From Clostridia bacterium (GTDB lineage: Bacteria > Bacillota > Clostridia > Christensenellales > RUG350): a stretch of DNA of 60,283 bases. Numbering within the stretch: position 1 is the stretch's first letter; each line of letters starts with the position of its first letter. The translations under genes and the position numbers were made by a program. Under the pieces are notes generated by a model. The model searched no databases, had not been told where the DNA came from, and saw nothing but the letters and a program-made list of their open reading frames with translations. Below, piece after piece: positions 28,287-37,836 of this stretch. Location: NCBI GenBank assembly GCA_017631635.1, contig JAGBSX010000038.1, forward strand, positions 1 through 60,283. The letters run 5' to 3'.

Positions 28287-29495
28287 ATGACAAATATATT
28301 AAAAGCATCCACGATATTACTTCCTTCGAGTGACCTGTACGAGTGGTCTGTAGTTGCTTGTGATCAGTTTACCTCTCAGCCAGAATATTGGTCTCAACTA
28401 GCAGACGTGGTAGGAGATAAGCCTAGCACTCTCAATTTGATATATCCAGAGGTTTACCTATCGCAAGATAGAGAGGCTCGTATATCTTTTATCAATCAAA
28501 ATATGTACAAGTACCTAAACGAAGGTGTGTTAGATAGAGAATATCACGGATATGTACTTATCGAGCGCACGTATGATAATGGTACTATTAGACTAGGTTT
28601 GCTCGCTTGTGTTGATCTTGAGAGATATGATTATCTATCTCGAGACAAAGAGGTGAGGGCTACCGAAGGTACTGTCGTATCACGCATACCTCCTAGAGTG
28701 CAAATCCGTCAAAATGCACCACTAGAGACTACCCACATTATGCTCTTAGCCAACGACAAATCAAAGAGTGTAATAGAGAGATTGTATCTAGACAAAGACA
28801 ATTTTGAATTGATATACGATACTCCACTAAATATGCGTGGAGGACACTTAAGAGGGTATTTGATAACCGATACCGATAAGGTTGACGGTATGCTCGCTAG
28901 ATTAGAAGATAGCGACTATCTACGCGATATATATGGTCGTGATACCAACTTTTGCTACGCAGTAGGCGATGGTAATCACTCTCTAGCGACAGCAAAACAA
29001 TGTTGGGAGAACCTAAAGGCGAGTGGTGATATTGACCTAGACAATCATCCTGCTAGGTACTGTTTGTGCGAATTGGTCAATATCTACGACGAGGGACTTG
29101 TATTTGAGCCAATACATAGGGTTATTTTTGGCGCTACAGATACCTTTAGAGCCAAATTAAAAGCACTATCAGGCAAATGCACAGTCAAAATGGTCAACTG
29201 TGAAGACGTCTCTATAGATGGCTCTACAGCAGAGATTTATGGAAAACTAACTCAACTAATAGATGAATCACTACTAGATGGTTCGATCGGAGAAGTTGAC
29301 TACGTACACGGAGAAGATGCCGTACGTCAGATAGTCGATAGAGACAAGGACAGTATTGGTATGCTAATGCCTACTATTGACAAGTCGGAGTTGTTTGACT
29401 ACGTGGCATCTCAAGGCCCACTTCCAAGAAAGACGTTTTCTATGGGTGAGGCTAATGAAAAGAGATATTATATGGAAACTAGAAAAATCAAATGA
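28287..29495 (+). CDS. DUF1015 family protein
   Basis: 402 aa. WSVVACDQFTSQPEYW, PSTLNLIYPEVYL and the AVGDGNHSLATAK pattern match DUF1015/COG4198 members as I remember them. Confidence 0.6.
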   Translation: MTNILKASTILLPSSDLYEWSVVACDQFTSQPEYWSQLADVVGDKPSTLNLIYPEVYLSQDREARISFINQNMYKYLNEGVLDREYHGYVLIERTYDNGTIRLGLLACVDLERYDYLSRDKEVRATEGTVVSRIPPRVQIRQNAPLETTHIMLLANDKSKSVIERLYLDKDNFELIYDTPLNMRGGHLRGYLITDTDKVDGMLARLEDSDYLRDIYGRDTNFCYAVGDGNHSLATAKQCWENLKASGDIDLDNHPARYCLCELVNIYDEGLVFEPIHRVIFGATDTFRAKLKALSGKCTVKMVNCEDVSIDGSTAEIYGKLTQLIDESLLDGSIGEVDYVHGEDAVRQIVDRDKDSIGMLMPTIDKSELFDYVASQGPLPRKTFSMGEANEKRYYMETRKIK

Positions 29496-29502
29496 GGATA
29501 TT

Positions 29503-30816
29503 ATGCTAAAAGTATGTAAATTTGGTGGAACTTCTATGTCAAGTTCTATAGCAATCAACAAAGTAACCGAGATAATACATAGCGACGATTCGCGTAGATA
29601 CGTAGTAGTATCTGCTCCAGGTAAGAGAGATAATACTGATATCAAGATAACTGATACTCTCTATCAATGTTTTAGAGAGATGAAGTCTACTGGTTCGTGC
29701 AACGAATCTTTTTCGCTAATATATGACAGATATATGGGCATTGTCCGAGATCTCGGGCTAAAGATTGATATGAAGACTTATCTCGACAACGTCAAGAAAG
29801 GTATAGAGAGTAGTCAATCCCCTGATTTTGCCGCCTCTAGAGGTGAGTATCTCAACGCTTTGATAATGGCAGAGCAATTAGGATACGCCTTCGTAGATGC
29901 AGCCGACGTTATTAGGTTTAATGATGATGGTACTTTCGACGAGGATACTACCAACGATCTTGTTCAGGAGGCTTTGTCAAAGGTTGATAAGGCTGTAATA
30001 CCAGGCTTTTATGGTAGTTATCAAGATGGTCGAATCAAGACCTTTAGTAGAGGTGGTTCGGATATAACCGGCGCTATTATTGCTCGTGGAGTAAACGCAG
30101 ACTTATATGAGAACTGGACTGACGTGAGTGGATTTTTGAAGGCAGATCCTCGTATTGTGAACAATCCTGAGCGTATCAAGACTCTATCGTTTAGAGAACT
30201 TAGAGAATTGTCTTATATGGGCGCTAGCGTATTGCATCCAGATGCCGTATTTCCAGTCAGAGTTAGTGGCATACCTATCAATATTCGTAATACTTTTGCT
30301 CCTCAAGACGAAGGTACTATGATAGTGCCTCACTACGTAGAGAGAGATGAAAAAAATATCGTCACAGGTATAGCCGGTAAGAAGAATTTTGCTATCATAC
30401 TCATAGAGAAATCTATGATGAATTCGGAGATAGGATTCTCTCGCAGGGTGTTGTCCGTATTTGAAAAGTATGGTATATCCATAGAGCATATGCCTAGTGG
30501 TATAGACACTTTGAGTGTTGTTGTATCTGAGGAAGAGTTGAAAAATAAACTTGACAACGTGATTATGGATATACGTTCTCAATTTAAGCCAAATACCGTA
30601 GAAGTTTATCATGGCATAGCACTTATTGCTACCGTTGGACACGGTATGAGCAGGAGACCTGGTACTTCGGCTAGACTATTCAAATCAATATACGAGGCTG
30701 ACGTCAACGTACGTATGATAGACCAAGGTAGTAGTGAGATGAATATTATTATCGGTGTAGAAAACGACGATTACGAAAAGGCTTTGGCTGCTATATATCA
30801 TGAGTTTATAGGATAA
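29503..30816 (+). CDS. lysC: Aspartate kinase (monofunctional, with ACT domains)
   Basis: Start taken at ATG 29503 (MLKVCKFGGTSM, the KFGGTS signature). Also GGSDITGA, and C-terminal ACT repeats. The longer track ORF starting at 29377 overlaps DUF1015 and is unlikely. Confidence 0.92.
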   Translation: MLKVCKFGGTSMSSSIAINKVTEIIHSDDSRRYVVVSAPGKRDNTDIKITDTLYQCFREMKSTGSCNESFSLIYDRYMGIVRDLGLKIDMKTYLDNVKKGIESSQSPDFAASRGEYLNALIMAEQLGYAFVDAADVIRFNDDGTFDEDTTNDLVQEALSKVDKAVIPGFYGSYQDGRIKTFSRGGSDITGAIIARGVNADLYENWTDVSGFLKADPRIVNNPERIKTLSFRELRELSYMGASVLHPDAVFPVRVSGIPINIRNTFAPQDEGTMIVPHYVERDEKNIVTGIAGKKNFAIILIEKSMMNSEIGFSRRVLSVFEKYGISIEHMPSGIDTLSVVVSEEELKNKLDNVIMDIRSQFKPNTVEVYHGIALIATVGHGMSRRPGTSARLFKSIYEADVNVRMIDQGSSEMNIIIGVENDDYEKALAAIYHEFIG

Positions 30817-31481
30817 TGGATATCATTACGCAAACAAATATTATTAGACAAGATATCAACGAGTTGGCTAGTCAATACGTAGAGATAGTTCCTGCCACCA
30901 AGACGAGAGATGCGTCTACTATCAATTCACTCATATCTGCCGATATCTATATAGCAGGTGAGAATAGAGTACAAGAATTGTTGTCGAAATATAACGAGGT
31001 AGATACACGTATAAAATGGCACTTTATCGGCAGATTGCAGACTAATAAGGTCAAATATATCATAGATAAAGTTGATTTGATTCACTCTGTAGATAGAATT
31101 GAACTCGTCAAAGAGATAGATAGACAAGCGTCCAAGATAGGCAAAGTCCAAGATATCCTCGTACAGATAAATAGTGGTATGGAGGAATCAAAAGGTGGTA
31201 TATCATTTGACGAAGCGTACGATTTTGTCAACCTCATAGCCTCAGACTATCCAAACGTGCGAGTATGTGGTTTGATGGGCGTCATGCCTATAGAGGATGA
31301 AGAGGTGCTGGCTGGGTATTATAGTAAATTGTATGATACTTATGCTTGTATCAAAAATGCAAATATACAAAATACTAATATCAAATGGTTGTCGGCAGGA
31401 ATGTCAGACGACTACAAGATTGCGCTCAAATATGGCGCTAATATGATAAGACCGGGCAGAATACTGTTTGGCGATAGATAA
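30816..31481 (+). CDS. YggS-family pyridoxal-phosphate homeostasis protein
   Basis: 221 aa. Motifs: VPATKTR (PLP Lys context), HFIGRLQTNKVKY and MSDDY. Confidence 0.88.
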   Translation: MDIITQTNIIRQDINELASQYVEIVPATKTRDASTINSLISADIYIAGENRVQELLSKYNEVDTRIKWHFIGRLQTNKVKYIIDKVDLIHSVDRIELVKEIDRQASKIGKVQDILVQINSGMEESKGGISFDEAYDFVNLIASDYPNVRVCGLMGVMPIEDEEVLAGYYSKLYDTYACIKNANIQNTNIKWLSAGMSDDYKIALKYGANMIRPGRILFGDR

Positions 31482-31491
31482 GGAGATAATT

Positions 31492-31965
31492 GTGGGTAGA
31501 TTTTCTGATTGGATGATGCGTAGAGATGATGATGATAATGAGGGTATGACTAACTTTGATAGAGAGTTTGGTCAAAATTATGCACCCGAAACACCACCTC
31601 CAACTCCTCCAAAACCTCCAAAACGTCCAGAGAGGACTAGTGTTTTCAAACCTGCATCTCGCAGAGAGGAGAATACGACTGTGAGCGTACTTGGTGATGA
31701 GGGCAATTCGCAAAACGTCGTAGTATATACTCCTAAAACCTACGAGGACGTCCAAACGCTCATAGATTATCTAAAGCGAAGAGAACCTGTCGTAGTAGAT
31801 TTGTCAGGCATCAATTCGGATTCTGCTCAGAGAATACTAGACTTTATGTCGGGTGCTATATACGGACTATCTGGTAGTATTCATAGAATAAATGGCAATA
31901 TATTCTTGTTGACACCTGCAGGTGTTAGCATAATGGTTCCCAAGAATATTGGAGCAGACAAATGA
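31492..31965 (+). CDS. sepF: Cell division protein SepF
   Basis: GTG 31492 with an AAGGAG RBS. A proline-rich linker is followed by the conserved C-terminal domain VVVYTPKTYEDVQTLIDYLKRREPVVVDL...AQRILDFMSGAIYGL. yggS-sepF synteny. Confidence 0.9.
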   Translation: MGRFSDWMMRRDDDDNEGMTNFDREFGQNYAPETPPPTPPKPPKRPERTSVFKPASRREENTTVSVLGDEGNSQNVVVYTPKTYEDVQTLIDYLKRREPVVVDLSGINSDSAQRILDFMSGAIYGLSGSIHRINGNIFLLTPAGVSIMVPKNIGADK

Positions 31966-32474
31966 TTTTGACTTGTATTATCGTAGGACTAGTTTTACTA
32001 GCGATTGACCTTGTATCCAAATATATGGCTCAATACATGCTAATAGGTACGGATATACCTCTCATAGGAGACTGGCTGGGTATCACTTATACCGAAAATG
32101 ATGGTGGACCATATGGTTGGCTAGGAGGAAATACTACGTTGCTCATCATAGCGTCTATTGTTGCTATAGTAGTGCTATGTCTAGTCATATATTATTTTCG
32201 CAAAGTTAAGTATGCGCCTATTGCTTTGTCTATCGTCGCAGCAGGAGCATTGGGCAACTTTTATGACAGGATATTCTTTGGCTACGTTAGGGATATGATC
32301 AGAGTATCGATAGGGGACTTCTCCTTGACTAATTTCGTGTGTAATATAGCAGACATATATTTATGGATAGGTATTATACTATTTGCTATCATTATATTGT
32401 TCTTTTACAAAGAAGATAAGGTGAGTGCTGAAGATGCAGAGGATAAATCAAACTCAAACGACGTACATAATTGA
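31962..32474 (+). CDS. lspA: Lipoprotein signal peptidase (signal peptidase II)
   Basis: 170 aa, 4 transmembrane helices, LGNFYDRIFFGYVRDMI and NIADI catalytic Asp motifs. Confidence 0.88.
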   Translation: MILTCIIVGLVLLAIDLVSKYMAQYMLIGTDIPLIGDWLGITYTENDGGPYGWLGGNTTLLIIASIVAIVVLCLVIYYFRKVKYAPIALSIVAAGALGNFYDRIFFGYVRDMIRVSIGDFSLTNFVCNIADIYLWIGIILFAIIILFFYKEDKVSAEDAEDKSNSNDVHN

Positions 32475-33369
32475 CCTTGACAACGTTTCCAAGAGACTGG
32501 ACGTATATTTAGCTGAAATGGCACAAGTGACGCGTTCTCACGTCAAAATGCTAGTAGAAAATGGAGATATACTGCTCAATGGTCAGCCTGTCAAAAAGAC
32601 TGGCGTCTCACTACGACTTAATGATGAGATTATTATGATTAATTCAGAGCCTCAACCGTTGTCATTAGAACCAGAGGATATATCGATTGACGTTGTTTAC
32701 GAAGATGAACATCTAGCCGTTATTAACAAACCAAGAGGTTTAGTTGTGCATCCTGCCCAGGGCTCAGAATCAGGCACTTTGGTCAATGCTTTACTGTATA
32801 AACTAGATAATCTTAGTGGTATCAACGGTGTCATTAGACCAGGCATTGTTCACCGTATCGACAAAGACACCACAGGATTGTTGGTAGTAGCCAAAGACGA
32901 CGTAGCGCACGTAGATCTCTCTATGCAAATCGCATCCAAGACCTGCAAACGTCAATACATAGCACTAGTAGAAGGAGTGCTCAAACGTGACAACGGAACT
33001 ATCAACGCACCTATTGCTCGTATGCGAAACGATCGTAAAAAGATGGTGGTAGACCCTATGGGCAAAGAGGCAATTACTGATTATGAAGTGGTCAAGAGAT
33101 ATGCTAGATACACCTTGGTAAAGTTTAATCTGCACACAGGTCGCACTCATCAAATTAGGGTACACTCCAAGCATATTGGTCACCCTATAGTAGGAGACAA
33201 ATCATACAATAAAAACAAAGATAAATTCAATCTAAACGGTCAACTTTTGCACGCCGAAAGGTTGCAATTTGTCCACCCAATCACCCATGAAGAAATGGTG
33301 TTTTTCGCTCCATTACCAGATGATTTTCGCTATGTTTTGGAGACTCTAGATAAGGAGATAAATATATGA
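32434..33369 (+). CDS. rluD: RluD-family 23S rRNA pseudouridine synthase
   Basis: S4 domain (RLDVYLAE), HRIDKDTTGLLVVAK catalytic Asp motif and GRTHQIRVH. The start is ambiguous between GTG 32425 and ATG 32434. Confidence 0.9.
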   Translation: MQRINQTQTTYIIDLDNVSKRLDVYLAEMAQVTRSHVKMLVENGDILLNGQPVKKTGVSLRLNDEIIMINSEPQPLSLEPEDISIDVVYEDEHLAVINKPRGLVVHPAQGSESGTLVNALLYKLDNLSGINGVIRPGIVHRIDKDTTGLLVVAKDDVAHVDLSMQIASKTCKRQYIALVEGVLKRDNGTINAPIARMRNDRKKMVVDPMGKEAITDYEVVKRYARYTLVKFNLHTGRTHQIRVHSKHIGHPIVGDKSYNKNKDKFNLNGQLLHAERLQFVHPITHEEMVFFAPLPDDFRYVLETLDKEINI

Positions 33370-33890
33370 GACTAAAGACTGTAATTATGGATGGAGCAAC
33401 CTTTGACAGGACTCTCATCCGTATGGCGCATGAGATAATCGAAAAGAATAATGGACTGCAAGACGTCGTGCTACTTGGCATATATACTCGTGGAGTATAT
33501 ATTGCCAAAAGATTGTCGGAGATAATGGCGATTATAGACGGCAAACCAGTCAAAGTATTTACATTTACCCCAAAGACGGATGATATGCTAAATAGCGAAA
33601 ATTTGCCTCTATCTAGTACTGATATCGAAGGTAAGAAAGTCGTAATTGTAGACGACGTATTACATACTTGCAAGACCGTCAATCATACCATCAGGCAACT
33701 TGATTCGTACGGTTGTGAAAACTTTGTCGTTCAATTGGCTGTTATAGTAGATAGAGGACACAAAAAATATCCTATCTATGCAGACTTTTTGGGCAAAGAA
33801 TTGCCATCTTCAAGTACTGAAATAATATCAGTAAATATAAAAAATTACGACAAAACTAGTAGTGTGCTTATATACGATATCAAAGGATAA
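33366..33890 (+). CDS. pyrR: PyrR-type pyrimidine regulator / uracil phosphoribosyltransferase homolog (divergent PRPP loop)
   Basis: 174 aa, collinear with Bacillus PyrR (LLGIYTRGV, VVIVDDVLHTCKT, LAVIVDRGHKKYPIYADFLGK). Conserved lspA-rluD-pyrR synteny. Confidence 0.8.
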   Translation: MRLKTVIMDGATFDRTLIRMAHEIIEKNNGLQDVVLLGIYTRGVYIAKRLSEIMAIIDGKPVKVFTFTPKTDDMLNSENLPLSSTDIEGKKVVIVDDVLHTCKTVNHTIRQLDSYGCENFVVQLAVIVDRGHKKYPIYADFLGKELPSSSTEIISVNIKNYDKTSSVLIYDIKG

Positions 33891-33892
33891 AT

Positions 33893-34885
33893 ATGAAAAA
33901 AATTACATACTCTATCGAAAATGAATATCTATCTCCATATGCCTCATTTTCTATAGATGCCAAGAGGGATATCCCTATCAAAGAGTGCGAAATAAGAACT
34001 GAATATCAGAGAGATAGAGATAGGATACTTCATTCCAAATCGTTTAGACGTCTCAAACACAAGACTCAAGTATTCTTGTCGCCCGAAGGCGATCACTATC
34101 GCACGAGACTCACTCACACACTAGAGGTTAGCCAAATAGCGCGTAGTATATCTAGGGCTTTGAGATTAAATGAAGATTTGACGGAGGCTATTGCGCTAGG
34201 ACACGATTTGGGACATACTCCTTTTGGACATGCTGGAGAGAGGACTCTTAGGTCTATCACAGGTCATTTTAACCATAACGAACAGAGCCTAAGGGTAGTA
34301 GAGGTATTAGAAGACGGTGGCGCAGGACTCAATCTAACGACACTAGTCAAAGATGGTATACTCAATCACAAAAAAGGGCTAGTACCCTCCTCTCTAGAGG
34401 GTATGGTAGTGAATTTGTCAGATAGAATAGCGTATATCAATCACGATATCGACGATGGCATCAGAGCAGGACTTATACGTGAAGAAGATTTGCCTACTAT
34501 GTCTACTCAAGTATTAGGTAGTAGCAAAGGTGAACGTATCAACAATATGATATACGATATCGTTAGATATAGTGAAAACAAAGATTACGTCAAGCAATCA
34601 CCAGAATTTGACAAGGCTACAAATTTGTTGAGAGAGTATATGTTCTCATCATTGTACAATCAAACAAACAAGGCTAAGGCAGACGAAGTTAAAGTAACAG
34701 ATCTGCTCACTCATATGTTTGAGACTTATCGTGCTAATCCTACCAATTTACCTGATTTTTATCAGAGCCTTATGGACAAATATCCTCTAGAAGTAGTGAT
34801 TAGCGATTACATAGCAGGTATGACTGATACTTATGCTATTGCAGAATACAAGAAGTTATTTATACCTTCTGTATGGAAATTATAG
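33893..34885 (+). CDS. dGTP triphosphohydrolase-like HD-domain protein
   Basis: YQRDRDRILHSKSFRRLKHKTQVF, RTRLTHTLEVSQIARSI and GHDLGHTPFGHAGE are the Dgt-family HD motifs. Confidence 0.9.
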   Translation: MKKITYSIENEYLSPYASFSIDAKRDIPIKECEIRTEYQRDRDRILHSKSFRRLKHKTQVFLSPEGDHYRTRLTHTLEVSQIARSISRALRLNEDLTEAIALGHDLGHTPFGHAGERTLRSITGHFNHNEQSLRVVEVLEDGGAGLNLTTLVKDGILNHKKGLVPSSLEGMVVNLSDRIAYINHDIDDGIRAGLIREEDLPTMSTQVLGSSKGERINNMIYDIVRYSENKDYVKQSPEFDKATNLLREYMFSSLYNQTNKAKADEVKVTDLLTHMFETYRANPTNLPDFYQSLMDKYPLEVVISDYIAGMTDTYAIAEYKKLFIPSVWKL

Positions 34886-34924
34886 GCAGTATTATGTATT
34901 TTTCAACAAATTTATATTTTTGGC

Positions 34925-34954
34925 TTGACAAAAACCAATCGTTTTGTTTATGAT
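34925..34954 (+). promoter_or_regulatory. Promoter of the lipoprotein gene
   Basis: TTGACA (34925-34930), 18 nt, TATGAT (34949-34954). Confidence 0.5.
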
Positions 34955-34997
34955 ATATTAGGTTAATCGCGTATACGGTTAATGTAAGGAGATATTT

Positions 34998-35540
34998 ATG
35001 AGAAAGTTTTCCATATCAATGTTAATAGCATTACTAGTCGTTTGCTTTTGTTTTTCAGCATGCACCCAGACACCAGATTTAGACTCTAATAGTTCTCCAT
35101 CTCTATCTGCAGGTGCTACGCAAACTTTAGGCACGGCCAAAGATTTTGAGTTGGTCTATGATTTGGGATCAGATTTGTACGGTGCTCAGATCATATTTGA
35201 TTTGCCAGCCAATATCAAGGTTAAGTCATTTAAGATTTTTTCTGATCAGACTGAATTGGAATGTGGTACTGCTAATAGATACTTGTACCAAAAGCACGCA
35301 AATCCAGATATGATAGTATTCTATGCTAAGAGATCTGATACCTCTCTAGATGCTACTGCCAAGGTAAATAATGTCACTTTTAAGGTCATCTTCACAGCAT
35401 CCAAGGAAGTAGTCGAGGGTAGTTATACTATCGGCACTATATACATCTCCAAGGTCACCTCTATAGGTAGTGGCTCTACGGTTGATATAGTGACCACTTC
35501 ACTATCCAACGTTAGCAACGTTGTTGCTCTAGCGCGCTAA
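34998..35540 (+). CDS. Hypothetical lipoprotein
   Basis: AAGGAG RBS and a signal peptide with lipobox FSAC. 180 aa, beta-rich mature part. No family recognised. Confidence 0.6.
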   Translation: MRKFSISMLIALLVVCFCFSACTQTPDLDSNSSPSLSAGATQTLGTAKDFELVYDLGSDLYGAQIIFDLPANIKVKSFKIFSDQTELECGTANRYLYQKHANPDMIVFYAKRSDTSLDATAKVNNVTFKVIFTASKEVVEGSYTIGTIYISKVTSIGSGSTVDIVTTSLSNVSNVVALAR

Positions 35541-35556
35541 TCAAGAGATTTATATA

Positions 35557-35589
35557 GGACTCCTCAATCTGGGGAGTTCTATTTTTTTG
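35557..35589 (+). terminator. Intrinsic terminator
   Basis: Stem GGACTCCTC / GGGGAGTTC (two G-U pairs), loop AATCT, then TATTTTTTT. Confidence 0.7.
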
Positions 35590-35669
35590 TCAATATCTAT
35601 GCGTTTTGTATTGATTTTTACTTTTAACTATGTTAAAATAAATTAAATATTTTAAGGAGATTTATAATT

Positions 35670-37835
35670 ATGTCTGCTTATACTCTAAAGGGCCACGATA
35701 CTACCCCTGTAGTCAATTACCATTTTAACCGAGATCTTTATATGCAAGTTGACCAGTACCTGGCAGGAAATAGCAAGATGCTTAATCCTAGAGAGAGATA
35801 ATTTACCCGCAATTACAGACATTTTTACATTGTAGACGGTGACAATGTCTGGAGTGCCAATTATAGACCACTATGCACTCCTAGTGATGAGTACGTATGT
35901 GAGTTTAATCCCGAATCGACGGAGATCATATCCAAAAAAGATGGACTTATCTCACGTATTAGAGTATTTGTACCTGTCGAGGGCGACTTTGAGGTATGGA
36001 CTCACCGAGTCGTCAATGATAGCCAAGAAGTCAAAGAGTTGACTATCATACCTGCTATGTCCTTGGAATTTGGTCCAATGGGTAGCATATGTCGTCATGA
36101 TACAGATCACAATTTGATATACTCTAGAGTTTACCCTTATCATATCAAATATTCGGAGTGGGAGACTGTATCCAATCAGACCAACTATTGCTACTACTAT
36201 AGCGATACGAAGTATGATTCGTATGATACAGGTGAGAGACATTTCTATGATTCCGACTACGTATACGATATGCCTGTGGCTGTCAAAAATAAGAAATGCT
36301 CAAACAATGCTACGGCTCAAGATAATCCTATAGCAGCATTTTGTTACAAAGTGACTCTAAAACCAGGAGAAGAGTTTTCGTACAACTTGTATGGTGGAGG
36401 TTCTATTTACAAAGATCAAATTATAGATAGAATTGACAATATTTTCAGTAAGTTTGACGTTGAAGCAGAGTTGCAAAAAGCGAAAGAATATTATGATGCA
36501 AATGCCTCAGTATTTACAGTTGAGACAACTCACAAAGAGTTTGATGATTACGTCAATACATGGGTAAAGAAACAAATTCTCGCTATGGTACTCACAAACC
36601 GTTGCGCAAAGGGCACTTGTGTACGCAATCAGTTGCAAGATGCTCTAGGCTATGGTTTATTTAACAAAGATGCCGAAAATTATTTTTCAGACGTCATTAG
36701 TCTCCAACAGACCAATGGTTTTTTGAGACAACATCACATAGTAAACAATGCTTATCCTATATCAGGTCTAGGCTTGCTCACTATGACAGACGGTACGTCA
36801 TGGATGGTCAACTGTACTGCTATGTACTGTAATGCTACCAAGAACTATGATTACCTCAACGTCGTACTACCATACAATGAGGGTGGTGAGGCTACGGTAG
36901 CCGAACACTTGATACTAGGATGCGAATATATGTGGAACGATAGAGGTATGTATGGTTTGAGTCTACTAGGAGATGGAGAATGGACTGATCCTATCAATGG
37001 ACCTGGCCGAGGGGGCAAAGGTGTGTCTACTTGGACAAGTATGGCTACGGTATATGCCTTCAACAATCTAGCAATAGCGCTAGAGGCTATAGGATATGAT
37101 AACGAAGTAATATCCACTTTGCGTGAGCGTGCTAGCGAACTCAAGGACAATATCAACAAGGCATGCTATATAGACAATCAATACGTCGCAGGATTTAATG
37201 ACGACGGTATAGCATACGGCGCTCAATCTTAAGAAGAAGGCAAGATGTTCCTAAATATGCACTCTTGGGGTATGTTCTCAGGTGTAGCAGAAGGAGATCG
37301 CGCTAAGAGATGTCAAGAGATATTTGACATTATGGATACCCCTATCGGACCTAAGGTTATGACTCCTGCATTTACCAAGTGGGATCCTATCTGTGGTAAA
37401 GTGAGTGTAAAACTAGCAGGTACTAATGAAAATGGTTCTATATATTGCCATGCTACTATGTTCAAGGTGTGGGCAGACTATTCTGCCAAAGACGGTGATA
37501 GGGCGTATGATACGTTAGCCAAAGTACTACCTACCAACCCCAATAATCCTATTGAGAGGAGTATCAATGGACCTCTATATATTCCTAACCAATATCACGG
37601 TGAGGAAGGTCCAAACTTCGGTAGGTCTAGTAGACTACCTAGTACCGGTACTCCAAACTGGTATCTATACAACGTAATGTACGGTATGTTTGGTATAGAA
37701 GTCAAAGACGGAGTGGTGACTGCCAATCCTTGCCTACCTAGTACTTGGGACAAAGCATCCTGTCGCTACACTTATGACGGCAGAACTTATGAGATAATAG
37801 TTAAAAATAATGTTGCTACAATAATAGAGATTTGA
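35670..37835 (+). pseudogene. GH94-like glycoside phosphorylase (cellobiose/chitobiose phosphorylase superfamily) interrupted by two in-frame TAA codons
   Basis: A single 722-codon frame starts at ATG 35670 (AAGGAG RBS) and is broken only at 35799-35801 and 37230-37232. Phosphorylase-like sequence continues across both stops: RHFYIVDGDNVWS, VRNQLQDALG, LGDGEWTDPING, FLNMHSWGMFSG and GSIYCHATMF. Confidence 0.7.
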
Positions 37836-37836
37836 T

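Noticed and set aside
29377-29502. Longer 479-aa version of the aspartate kinase ORF overlapping the DUF1015 3' end
   Set aside because: The extension has no kinase similarity. The KFGGTS N-terminus begins at ATG 29503, which has its own AGGA RBS.
29496-29502. Lysine riboswitch (L-box) upstream of lysC
   Set aside because: Only 7 nt separate DUF1015 from lysC, so there is no room for a leader. Similarly, no T-box or riboswitch-sized leaders exist before hom or the arg genes other than the AT-rich argG upstream region.
35799-37232. Genetic-code reassignment of TAA
   Set aside because: TAA terminates many clearly complete genes in the window (polA, coaE, coaX, hom, argF and others). TAG and TGA are also used as stops (uvrB uses TAG; uvrA uses TGA). 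This is standard code 11.
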